Shown here piece by piece: positions 39,392 through 47,955 of a stretch of DNA of 64,000 bases (within the stretch, counting starts at the first letter, position 1; each line of letters starts with the position of its first letter). Both the position numbers and the translations under genes were made by a program. The notes beneath the pieces were generated by a model. That model saw only the letters and a program-made list of their open reading frames with translations. It was not told the origin of the DNA and ran no database searches. Origin of the DNA: Deltaproteobacteria bacterium (lineage in GTDB: Bacteria; Myxococcota_A; Polyangia; Fen-1088); contig JANRKS010000024.1 of assembly GCA_033763315.1 (NCBI GenBank), forward strand, positions 32,001 through 96,000, given 5' to 3'.

Positions 39392-41347
39392 TTATGGTTT
39401 CGCCGGTGCGAGCGTGACGGTACCCCAGGCCAAGCCTGGCAGATCTGTGTTGTTCGTAGGAGCGGGAGCGAGTTGCTCGATGCGCGCGATGTTGATGCCA
39501 GAACGCAGGGAGGTCGCCGGCAGCAAGAAGTTAAAATGCGTCCAACCAGGAGATGGCAGATCTTGCTTTGCTACCTCCGAACCGCCAACGACCAAACGCA
39601 CGTGGGCTGGCGCGCGCGGAACGAATACTGTGACATCGGCGACGATCGCTTCGGCCCTGCGGAGCGCAAAGCCCCATGTCGCTTCCGCGCCTTGCACCCA
39701 ATGTGCGACGCGCCCTTCCAAGGTCATTTTCGGTCCGAATCCAGCTAACGAATATCGATCGTCGGAGAGCAAAATCGATTCGGGCGCCCGGTGATCATAA
39801 AACGTTTCGGCGGACGACAGCAGGTCGTACTTCGCTGGCGATGTGTTCGCCGCGGCGGCCAGCCACCAGTTAAGAGGCGCAGAACCAATGTTGCCAGTGC
39901 TGTCATAGACGCTCGCCAAGATACGTGACGTGGCCCCGGTCCATAGTTGCAGCATGTCTTGCGGTAGCCCAGGTGGAATTCGCTTGGCACCATAGTCATC
40001 GGCAAGCTGCAAATTGATGATGCTGGGCACGAAAAGCAACGCCATGGGCAGGGCGAACTTCAAGACGATTGAGCTCCAGCGTTGGGCGGCAGCCACTATT
40101 GAATCAAGCACCATCGCCAGCCCGAAGCCAAAATAGATTGTGCAGCCCAAAAAGCGCCTACCCCCGAAAGACCAACCGCCCCACCAGTCAACTGTCGCTC
40201 CATTGACAATGGCTTGCAGGGCAAATACCACAAGCGCAAGGCGCGCAAAGGTGCGCGCCTTCTTTTCAATGCGACCGGACAACGCTACCGCAACCAATCC
40301 GATAACAGCCACGTAGACCAGCGGATGCCAAGAAAACAAACCAAAGCGGCTTGAAAACAGAACTTCGAGAAAGCGGCTCGATTTGAATTCCAGAAAGTGC
40401 GCCTCGTGCGGATCCAAAACCCATCGACCATAGATCCTTCGCCACGCGAGGAGCTGCACAAAGTAGACGCTCGTCGCACTCAGGGCGAACGCCAGCCCCT
40501 TAATGACGAGCGAGCCCAGTGCCTTTCGTTCGCGCAAGCGCAAGGCAGCTAGGGCCAGGACGCACCACTCAGTCAAAGGAAGCACAGCGTGAATGGCATC
40601 CTGCGGTCGCACCAACATAGCCAAGCCCAACGCTGCACCCAACAAAACCCAAACACGTGTGCTACGCCCACCTTGTGTGCCGTACCAAAGGGTCACGAAG
40701 ATGGCGACCGCGACGGCACTGTTTGCGTGCGAAAACGATGGCTGTCGCAACATGTACCATGACAGCGGTGTGGCGAAAGCCAGCGCCACGACAGCGAACA
40801 GCGAGTTGCGGGCACTGAATGTGCGGCGACAAAGAGCGAACGTTAGCCATAACGCCGCAAGTCCGGCTGCGACGCTGCCAAACAGCGTGATTCGTTGAGC
40901 GATGGGGCCTGCGCCATTGGGGATCTCATTGGTGATGCCGAGCGCGTTTGTGACGGCTAGGTGAATGCGTGCGTAAGCAGCAAATGGCGACCAAAACACC
41001 GCACTTCCACACGTCCAGAAATTCTTCGGACGACCTGTGATGTGGCTGATGCCGAGGTTAAATGGTTGCCCAAGCAGGGCCAAGTCGTTGCTAAAGTCTA
41101 GGTCGCGATCGAACAGAGCGGAGCGCAGGTAAAGGTAGTAATACGTGCCGTCGCCCTGCGCATAGGGACTCGCGGTGTGAGCCACGGTTGGCTGTTGTGT
41201 GGTGTAGCGAAGGCAGAACCACAAGCACAAGAGACCGAACCAGAAAACAGGCCTGCTTAAGATGTCCCCGCGCAAGCTCCACATCCGCCAGTTGGCCTTA
41301 GCTTGGGTCGGGCGTGCACCGTCCTGACTTGTCTCCGTGATCTGCAT
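39392..41347 (-). CDS. GT-C-type (GT39/ArnT-like) membrane glycosyltransferase
   Basis: GDGTYYYLYLRSALFDRDLDFSND, FATPL.WY, FSH, VRPQD, GLFSWHP, WWGGWSFGGRRF; beta-rich C-terminal domain. Confidence 0.7.
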   Translation of the reverse strand: MQITETSQDGARPTQAKANWRMWSLRGDILSRPVFWFGLLCLWFCLRYTTQQPTVAHTASPYAQGDGTYYYLYLRSALFDRDLDFSNDLALLGQPFNLGISHITGRPKNFWTCGSAVFWSPFAAYARIHLAVTNALGITNEIPNGAGPIAQRITLFGSVAAGLAALWLTFALCRRTFSARNSLFAVVALAFATPLSWYMLRQPSFSHANSAVAVAIFVTLWYGTQGGRSTRVWVLLGAALGLAMLVRPQDAIHAVLPLTEWCVLALAALRLRERKALGSLVIKGLAFALSATSVYFVQLLAWRRIYGRWVLDPHEAHFLEFKSSRFLEVLFSSRFGLFSWHPLVYVAVIGLVAVALSGRIEKKARTFARLALVVFALQAIVNGATVDWWGGWSFGGRRFLGCTIYFGFGLAMVLDSIVAAAQRWSSIVLKFALPMALLFVPSIINLQLADDYGAKRIPPGLPQDMLQLWTGATSRILASVYDSTGNIGSAPLNWWLAAAANTSPAKYDLLSSAETFYDHRAPESILLSDDRYSLAGFGPKMTLEGRVAHWVQGAEATWGFALRRAEAIVADVTVFVPRAPAHVRLVVGGSEVAKQDLPSPGWTHFNFLLPATSLRSGINIARIEQLAPAPTNNTDLPGLAWGTVTLAPAKP

Positions 41348-41401
41348 TTACGTAGCCCTGCTGGGCCGAACACCGCAGCGTGGTGCGTGTCTAGCATCTC
41401 G

Positions 41402-42520
41402 CTAAGGCGACCGTCCAGAAGGGAACTCAGCGCGGACGCGTTTGAATCGCAGGCACGGTTTTTCAACGAATCGCCATGACGCAGCGGCAGCGGCGAAGGC
41501 AAGCAGGATGGCTGGGATAGCATTCGTCCCCGCGGTCGTTGCCCCTCCCTGCCACTGCGCCATCAACTGTTGAGTTGGGAAACCCCACAGATAGACGCCG
41601 TAAGACAGATCCCACCCACGTGGGATGGCGGGCAAGTGGGGTTGGTAGGCAAACCAAAACCAGGTGTAGACGCATACAAGGGGAAAGATCAGGCCAAGCC
41701 ACGGCCTCCCAAGCGAAAACACGGCTGTGAGCCAAAGCAAAAGCAAGGCGTCCGTGCGTAGAGGTATTGCCGTACGGTTCAGGAAGCACAGCGCTCCAAC
41801 AGCAAAGAAACCGCAGGGCCGCAGGAGCCATGGCCCGGGCACAAACGGAACCGCCACGGGGGCGAACCAACCGAGCAACACCAGCCCCAATATCACCGCA
41901 GTGCCCAGCCACCTGCGCGACAGAACGCGCGTGACACCCAAAACCGCGACGGCAACATACATCGCCACTTCGCCCGGCAAGCTCCACAACGAACCGTTGA
42001 CGACGCCGGGATAAGGGTTGCGTCCAAACACACCCGGCAGCCCCCATTGCAGGCCGGGACGAAAGCTCAGGTTGATGCCGATGTAACGAAACGTTCGCCA
42101 TGAACGAAAGTAGGCTGCGACTGGAAGTTCACTGGCCAGCGGCCCCAGAACGAGAGCGCATAGACCAACGCACACCACGAGCGCAGGTATGATGCGGAGC
42201 AGCCGCGACCTCACGAAACGCCAAAATGCCGGCCGCTCAACATAGCTGCCAGTCACCAGCAGGCCGCTCGTCAGGAAGAACAGGTCCACGGCCAGGGACC
42301 CCGCCGTTACTTTGGGACCAAGGTGCAATCGTGCAATCCAGTCGTTGCCACCCGAGCCGCTCAGCACATAGCTGTGGCTCCACATGACCATCAACGCGGC
42401 CAGCAGGCGCAACAACAGGAAGTTGTCGTCGCGGGCCGCGTAGGCTTCACCCAGTGTGCGCGCCGGACGCAGCCAGCGGTGTGTCAGGCGAAGCCAGGTT
42501 TGTGCGGGCACAGTCGGCAC
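41402..42520 (-). CDS. Acyltransferase-3 (OafA-like) membrane O-acyltransferase
   Basis: LLRLLAALMVMWSH, AVDLFF.TSG, RLLRIIP, NGSLWSL..E, DLSYGVYLW, SWRFVEKP. Confidence 0.9.
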   Translation of the reverse strand: MPTVPAQTWLRLTHRWLRPARTLGEAYAARDDNFLLLRLLAALMVMWSHSYVLSGSGGNDWIARLHLGPKVTAGSLAVDLFFLTSGLLVTGSYVERPAFWRFVRSRLLRIIPALVVCVGLCALVLGPLASELPVAAYFRSWRTFRYIGINLSFRPGLQWGLPGVFGRNPYPGVVNGSLWSLPGEVAMYVAVAVLGVTRVLSRRWLGTAVILGLVLLGWFAPVAVPFVPGPWLLRPCGFFAVGALCFLNRTAIPLRTDALLLLWLTAVFSLGRPWLGLIFPLVCVYTWFWFAYQPHLPAIPRGWDLSYGVYLWGFPTQQLMAQWQGGATTAGTNAIPAILLAFAAAAASWRFVEKPCLRFKRVRAEFPSGRSP

Positions 42521-42528
42521 CCTGCCAC

Positions 42529-42567
42529 AAAAAAACCGGCGCCGGGAGACACGCTCACCAGCGCCGG
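42529..42567 (-). terminator. Intrinsic terminator immediately upstream of the acyltransferase start
   Basis: CCGGCGC...GCGCCGG stem followed by T7 on the minus strand. Confidence 0.7.
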
Positions 42568-42698
42568 GGCCGTTACTGAACTGATTCGAAAGCGCCGTGT
42601 GGTGGCGCCAAGAATGGGGGCGGGGGCGAGTGCACCGCCTGACCGGTTACGCCCAGAATCTCGCGGGCGGATCAAAGTCGTGTTGGGACTTGGAGCGT

Positions 42699-42785
42699 CT
42701 AGAGCCGGATGGAATTCCTTTGTCCAAACCGGGCTGCGATGCGATGTGAAAACGATTCGTTCGAGCAGTGTTTTTGTTTACCCAT
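42699..42785 (-). CDS. Putative 28-aa small protein or leader peptide MGKQKHCSNESFSHRIAARFGQRNSIRL
   Basis: Perfect SD AAGGAGG (42796-42802) 10 nt upstream of the ATG; lies between two terminators. Confidence 0.4.
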   Translation of the reverse strand: MGKQKHCSNESFSHRIAARFGQRNSIRL

Positions 42786-42914
42786 GCGTTTTCGTCCTCC
42801 TTGTTCCACCAGTCGTTCACGGCTCTTTATTAAGGCTAACTCAGGGTTTGGCGTGCGACCAGGTTTCCTGTGCAAGCGGTTGAAAATTAACGGCTACGAA
42901 ACGTCGCTGTAAAC

Positions 42915-42949
42915 AAAAACGGGGTGCGAAGCCAACGGCCCGCACCCCG
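42915..42949 (-). terminator. Intrinsic terminator after the cytochrome c gene
   Basis: 9-bp stem CGGGGTGCG/CGCACCCCG followed by T5 on the minus strand. Confidence 0.8.
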
Positions 42950-42975
42950 ATTCATCAGCTGGTACGTAAGCGAAG

Positions 42976-43278
42976 TTAGCTTGCAGCCAATTTCGCGAAT
43001 TCGTCGTACTTCTTCTTCGCCTCGTCCGTCAGGGTCCACTTGGTTTCGTCCTTGTGGCAGGTGTCGCAGTCAACCTTCATGCCCTTCTTCTTGGCCTTCT
43101 TGGTCATCTCTTTCATGACCGTCTTGGCGCGCTTGATGCCGCCCTCAGCGCAGGCCTTCCCAATGTCGGTCTTGGCGTCCTTGGCAATGGTGCAGTCGTT
43201 GTCGCCGGCGAACGCAGGTGCCACCAACGCCACAGCGAAAGTGCCAGCCAAAAGGGTGCCGAGTGCCTTCTTCAACAT
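42976..43278 (-). CDS. Small secreted monohaem c-type cytochrome
   Basis: SD GGAGG, signal ending AFA, single CDTCH late in the chain, an extra Cys pair, Lys-rich. Confidence 0.7.
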   Translation of the reverse strand: MLKKALGTLLAGTFAVALVAPAFAGDNDCTIAKDAKTDIGKACAEGGIKRAKTVMKEMTKKAKKKGMKVDCDTCHKDETKWTLTDEAKKKYDEFAKLAAS

Positions 43279-43508
43279 GGGAAATTCCTCCAGGAACAAA
43301 AGGGGGTGGACGGGTCGCGCATGGTTCTAGCGAACATCTGGACAAGACGCAAAGCGGCCGAACGAGCGCCAGAATGATCGATGGACGATCGGCCGAACAA
43401 AAACATTCACGACAATCTTCTGCCACGGGGCGCGGTGCGTCATACCTTCCGAAGCCGGCGGCGAATCGGTCGACCCTAACCCCCCTTTCGGCTAGTCTGC
43501 CGGCCGCC

Positions 43509-44933
43509 ATGAAGCAACCTGAACCGCAAACGCCTGCCGCTGGGGGCCGTGGGGCCCGTTTCTCTGGAGCCATGGATCCGGCGGCCGCCGCCTTGAACGC
43601 CAGCATCGACTTTGACCGGCGCCTGCTGTGGGACGACGTGCGTGGCAGCCAGGCGCACGCCCGGATGTTGGCGAAGGTGGGCCTCATCAGCGAAGACGAC
43701 GCGGCGACGATCGCGCGCGGGCTCGAACAAGCCGCCGGCGAAATCGAGCGCGGCGAGGTTGTGTTGGACGCGGCGCTTGAAGACATCCACATGAACCTTG
43801 AGAAACGTTTGACCGAGATCGTCGGCGAGCCGGGGCGCCGGCTCCATACGGGCCGCAGCCGCAACGATCAGGTGTGCACAGATCTTAAGTTGTTCACGTT
43901 GCGCAGCATCGCGGAACTGGTGGCCAGCATCGATCGCACCCGTTTGGCTCTCGTTCGCAAGGCTCGGGCGCACGCGCACGATCTGATGCCTGGCTATACA
44001 CACCTGCAGCGGGCACAAGCCGTGACGTTGGGGCACCACTTGATGGCTTACGCAGAGATGTTGCGACGCGATCGTGGGCGCCTGCTCGACGCGGCGGCGC
44101 GCGCGGCGCAATGTCCGCTAGGCGCCGGTGCGTTGGCTGGATCTAGTTTGCCTATCGATCGCGAAACCACAGCCGCCACGCTGGGATTCTCCGGCGGGCC
44201 CACGCGCAACAGTTTGGACACCGTGTCCGACCGCGATTTCGCCGCTGAAGTGGCGTTCGCCTGCGCGTTGATGCTCGTGCATTTTTCACGCTTGGGTGAA
44301 GAGCTCGTGTTGTGGTCCACCACAGAATTCGGTTTCGTTTCGTTGGGCGAAGGGCACTGCTCGGGCAGCTCGCTGATGCCGCAAAAGCGCAACCCCGACA
44401 TCGCCGAGCTGCTGCGTGCGAAGCCCGCGCGTGTGATTGGCGACTTAGTGGCGCTGTTGACGATCTCTAAGGGGATCACGCTTGCCTACAACAAGGATTT
44501 GCAGGAATCGCAAGAGCCCTTGTATGACGCCATCGAAACCGCACAACTTGTGTTGGCCGTGGCGCCACGCTTGATCGCTGATCTGACGTTCAACACAGAA
44601 AAAATGGGCCAAGCCGCGATGGATCCTGCTCTGGGCGCCACCGATCTCGCTGAGTACTTGGTGCGCGAATGCGGTGTTCCGTTTCGCCGGGCGCATGAGA
44701 TCGTCGGAGCCTTCGTTCGTCACGCCGAAAGCAAGGGCGTGCCGCTGCGTCAGGTGCCCGCGCAGGAGCTTGCCTCCATCGCGCCCGAGCTTACGCCCGC
44801 GGCGCTGCAGTCGCTTGATCCCGCGCAAGCCGTGGCGGCGCGAACGCTCACCGGCGGGCCAGCGCCAAGCCGTGTTTTGGCGGAAGTGCAAGTGCTTGAA
44901 CAAGAGCTCAAGACGTTGGGCTTCGAGGTTTAG
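43509..44933 (+). CDS. argH: Argininosuccinate lyase
   Basis: EDIHM, LHTGRSRNDQ, MPGYTHLQRAQ, PLGAGALAG, SGSSLMPQKRNPD, AYNKDLQE; start ATG 43509. Confidence 0.97.
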   Translation: MKQPEPQTPAAGGRGARFSGAMDPAAAALNASIDFDRRLLWDDVRGSQAHARMLAKVGLISEDDAATIARGLEQAAGEIERGEVVLDAALEDIHMNLEKRLTEIVGEPGRRLHTGRSRNDQVCTDLKLFTLRSIAELVASIDRTRLALVRKARAHAHDLMPGYTHLQRAQAVTLGHHLMAYAEMLRRDRGRLLDAAARAAQCPLGAGALAGSSLPIDRETTAATLGFSGGPTRNSLDTVSDRDFAAEVAFACALMLVHFSRLGEELVLWSTTEFGFVSLGEGHCSGSSLMPQKRNPDIAELLRAKPARVIGDLVALLTISKGITLAYNKDLQESQEPLYDAIETAQLVLAVAPRLIADLTFNTEKMGQAAMDPALGATDLAEYLVRECGVPFRRAHEIVGAFVRHAESKGVPLRQVPAQELASIAPELTPAALQSLDPAQAVAARTLTGGPAPSRVLAEVQVLEQELKTLGFEV

Positions 44934-45201
44934 TCCTCGCTGCTCGCCTGCACGTTGTCCCAAAGAACACTGAGATCAAACTCAATGGCGTCAAACGGTT
45001 CAGCGCGAATTTTTGCATCATCGTGATGAACGCCGTGCACGATCCAGCGACCATCGCTGCCTAAATGCAAGATCTCAAGCGTGCGCTGTAGGGGGTTTGC
45101 CAGCAGACCCACGCCACTTGTTCACGCCCGTATACTTGAAGCTTCTCGGTGCGGTCGAATTTCTCGGTGCGTGGGCTTAGAACTTCCGCAACCCAATCTG
45201 G
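44930..45201 (-). pseudogene. Uma2-family (DUF820) endonuclease remnant, 5'-truncated and frameshifted
   Basis: PDWVAEVLSPRTEKFDRTEKLQVYGREQVAWV, then a frameshift near 45105 (one base missing) into LANPLQRTLEILHL...IRAEPFDAIEFDLSVLW. The N-terminal half is missing. Confidence 0.8.
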
Positions 45202-45253
45202 GCTGGGTCTCCCATGACCCGTGATCATAGCACGGTGCCAAGGTGGCCTTGGC

Positions 45254-46354
45254 CTACGAGAAAGACACCACCGCTCGAATCACTTGATCCACTTCGTCCT
45301 CCGTCATCTCGGGAAATAACGGCAACGAAAGTATCTGGGCAGCGGCTTGCTCTGCGTGAGGAAAACGCTGCCCTTCGGGCACAAGACGGGCGAACGCCGG
45401 CTGCTGATGCAAAGGGCGTGGGTAATGAATGGCGTATGGAACCTCCGCCGCTTCCAGATGTGAGATAAGCCGAGCACGGTCAGCACAGCGAATGGAGTAT
45501 TGCTGGTATACATGCTGTGCATAAGGTGCGACCCACGGTGTGGTGACAGCAGCGTTGGCAAATGCCTGGTCATACCGCTTGGCCACGCGACAGCGGCCCT
45601 CGTTGAAGCTGTCTAAGTGCGGAAGTTTCGCCATGAGCACAGCGGCCTGAAGTGTATCGAGCCTGCTGTTAATGCCGACCAGCTCATGAAAATACCGCGT
45701 TTTTGATCCGTGGTTCGCAATGAGGCGACATTGCTCGGCCAGCTTCGCATCGTTCGTGGCAATCGCACCGCCATCACCGAAACAACCTAAATTCTTCGCT
45801 GGAAAAAAACTAAAGCAGCCCAGCGCGCCCATGGTGCCCGTCATGCGGCCTTTGTAACGAGCGCCAATCGCTTGCGCGTTGTCTTCAATCACAACGATGT
45901 TGTGTTGCTTCGCAAGTTCGAGCAACGGATCCATGTCTGCTGGTTGGCCATAAAGATGAACGGGCACAATGGCACGCGTCCTGGGCGTGATGCGTGCGTG
46001 CACCTGCGATACGTCTAGGTTGTAGGTGTGCGGATCGATATCGACGTAGACTGGCTTCGCGCCCAGCAGCACCAGGGCTTCGACCGTAGCCACGAATGTG
46101 AAGGGCGTGGTGATCACTTCATCGCCGGGGCCGATGCACAAGGCCATGTATGCGATTTGCAAGGCGTCCGTTCCAGAGCCACATCCGATGACGTGGTCTA
46201 CGCCAAGGTATGCACCAAGCCCCGCCTCAAAGGCGCTAACTTCAGCGCCTTTGATGAAGCCGCTAGTTTCTAGGACCCGCGCGATCGCAGCGTCGATTTC
46301 CGCTTTGTGGTTCGCGTACTGACGTTGCAGGTCCACCATCTTTAGGGATGACAC
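45254..46354 (-). CDS. DegT/DnrJ/EryC1/StrS PLP-dependent sugar aminotransferase
   Basis: SGTDAL, PVHLYGQ, IEDNAQ, SFFPAKNLG.FGDGG, NSRLDTLQAA, LSLPLFP. Confidence 0.95.
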   Translation of the reverse strand: MSSLKMVDLQRQYANHKAEIDAAIARVLETSGFIKGAEVSAFEAGLGAYLGVDHVIGCGSGTDALQIAYMALCIGPGDEVITTPFTFVATVEALVLLGAKPVYVDIDPHTYNLDVSQVHARITPRTRAIVPVHLYGQPADMDPLLELAKQHNIVVIEDNAQAIGARYKGRMTGTMGALGCFSFFPAKNLGCFGDGGAIATNDAKLAEQCRLIANHGSKTRYFHELVGINSRLDTLQAAVLMAKLPHLDSFNEGRCRVAKRYDQAFANAAVTTPWVAPYAQHVYQQYSIRCADRARLISHLEAAEVPYAIHYPRPLHQQPAFARLVPEGQRFPHAEQAAAQILSLPLFPEMTEDEVDQVIRAVVSFS

Positions 46355-46437
46355 GCCCCAAGGCTAACACGGTCTTAGGGCTGGCGAAGTGTTGTTTGGA
46401 ACGTGTCTACTCAGCAAGAGATAGTAAACTCCCACCT

Positions 46438-47409
46438 GTGAAGATCCGCGCCCCGGAGAACCCTACCGACCAGAGTGACGCATTTTTCAACCGCCGTCGA
46501 TTCTTGGGAACCGCATCCGCGGCCATGTGCTGGGCAGCCGCCTGTGAGAAGCCTTCGAACAATGGGCGAGGTGACGGGGGTTTTTCAGATGCGACTCGTG
46601 ACTCGGGTAGCGAAGCACCGGCTGATACGTGTCGGCCACCAGAAAATCTGTTTGGCGCTTACAATTTCACGATGGAGGAACGTCAGCCAGGTGAGCAGCA
46701 GCTGCTGCTGCAATCTCTGGGCTATCAGGGCATCGTGACCGAATGGAAAGGCACCGAGCCTTACGCGGCGTTCTTGTCGCATTCATTGGTTGCGACGGGC
46801 GAGCTCAAACTTGTAGCAGCGCTCGTGACGATAGATGCCGGCGCGCCTATTGACGAGCCCTATTGGCTCAACGTGTTTGAGACGCTCAAGGCGGGGAACA
46901 CTCGTCCATGGCTCTTGGTGGGTGGATTGAAGAACCAGCAACGAATCGGCGAGAGCGTGCGCGCTTTGTCCCAGCTTTCCGCGTCCGTCAGCGACATTCC
47001 GATCGTGCTCTATCCGCACTGGAGAATGGGGATCGAAACAACAGAGGAAAGCATCGAAGTGCTGCGCTTGTTGGATGGCAGCAATGTAAGAACATCGCTG
47101 CATCTTTGCCATGAACTAAAAGCGGGGAATGCCGGTCGTCTCAGGGATGTTATTGAGCGCAGTTCAGCGCACCTCGATCTCGTGAGCATCAACGGCGCCT
47201 ATGTAGTGGACGCAGATCCTGAAGGATGGAGCCGCACGATCTTGCCCTTAGACGAAGGCGATCTTGACGTGAGCAACGGCTATCTCCGGCCGCTCATCGC
47301 CGCCGGCTACGAAGGTCCGGTCTTGCTTCACACGTACGGGATCAGGGAGCGGCCCGAAGAACACTATCCGCGATCAATGATGAGATTCGCGTCGTCGCTA
47401 AGGTGTTGA
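46438..47409 (+). CDS. Tat-exported (lipo)protein with xylose-isomerase-like TIM barrel
   Basis: NRRRFL twin-Arg followed by WAAAC; VLYPH, LHLCHELK, VSINGA, PLDEGDLD, GYEGPV. Start GTG 46438 is estimated. Confidence 0.7.
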   Translation: MKIRAPENPTDQSDAFFNRRRFLGTASAAMCWAAACEKPSNNGRGDGGFSDATRDSGSEAPADTCRPPENLFGAYNFTMEERQPGEQQLLLQSLGYQGIVTEWKGTEPYAAFLSHSLVATGELKLVAALVTIDAGAPIDEPYWLNVFETLKAGNTRPWLLVGGLKNQQRIGESVRALSQLSASVSDIPIVLYPHWRMGIETTEESIEVLRLLDGSNVRTSLHLCHELKAGNAGRLRDVIERSSAHLDLVSINGAYVVDADPEGWSRTILPLDEGDLDVSNGYLRPLIAAGYEGPVLLHTYGIRERPEEHYPRSMMRFASSLRC

Positions 47410-47433
47410 AGTATTGCTACGACCCTACATTGC

Positions 47434-47940
47434 TCAGTTAACTCGCAAACAACGTGCCCCTGCGAAAAATTTCGTGTTGGCGCCTGAAGTATTTCTCATA
47501 TTACAGATGATGCGCTCCTGTCCGGCTGCGCACCCTTGGGTGACGACGCCAAAGTAGTTGATGGTAGAGACCGCGTTAACCGCGTCCGTGCAAGTGTGAA
47601 GCATCGCAACGGTGCCGGTCGGGCAACAGGGCGTGAATACAGACTTTAGCGCGTTAGGGGCAATGTCTTCAGTGAGGGCGCTGACGACGACTGAATGACT
47701 CAAAAAACCGGTCGCGGTGCTGTTGAAGCTAGAAGCATTGAGCTTGTTATCAACTTCCGCCTTCAGAAAGTCGAAGTTGGCCTTGATCTGGGCGGCGCTT
47801 ACGGGTTGTCCACCCGCGATGCCAGCAGTGCTAAAGGACTGAGCCAAGCTGATCACTGGCACACCAACGATGATGCCGCCGATGAAATATCCAATGCCCG
47901 CGAGGACACGGAACCTTCGGGTTGCTGTTTGTGTCGACAT
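47434..47940 (-). CDS. Small exported protein, possible fibre/tip subunit
   Basis: N-terminal hydrophobic segment; GQPVSAAQIKANFDFLKAEVD coiled segment; Cys-containing beta-rich C-terminus (CPTGT...ARC). Confidence 0.55.
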   Translation of the reverse strand: MSTQTATRRFRVLAGIGYFIGGIIVGVPVISLAQSFSTAGIAGGQPVSAAQIKANFDFLKAEVDNKLNASSFNSTATGFLSHSVVVSALTEDIAPNALKSVFTPCCPTGTVAMLHTCTDAVNAVSTINYFGVVTQGCAAGQERIICNMRNTSGANTKFFAGARCLRVN

Positions 47941-47955
47941 TTCAATTTTCCTTTG

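Noticed and set aside
42600-42660. Resemblance to structural RNAs: AACCGGTCAGG (SRP-like) and a CCACCA end (tRNA/tmRNA-like); also considered a Pxr-like sRNA
   Set aside because: No SRP GGAA tetraloop/AGCAG, no T-arm GTTCGA, and no sigma54 promoter or NtrC-type neighbour was seen.
45143-45171. 11-bp direct repeat TTCTCGGTGCG
   Set aside because: Encodes the repeated RTEK in the Uma2 remnant; only two copies, so not a CRISPR or att site.
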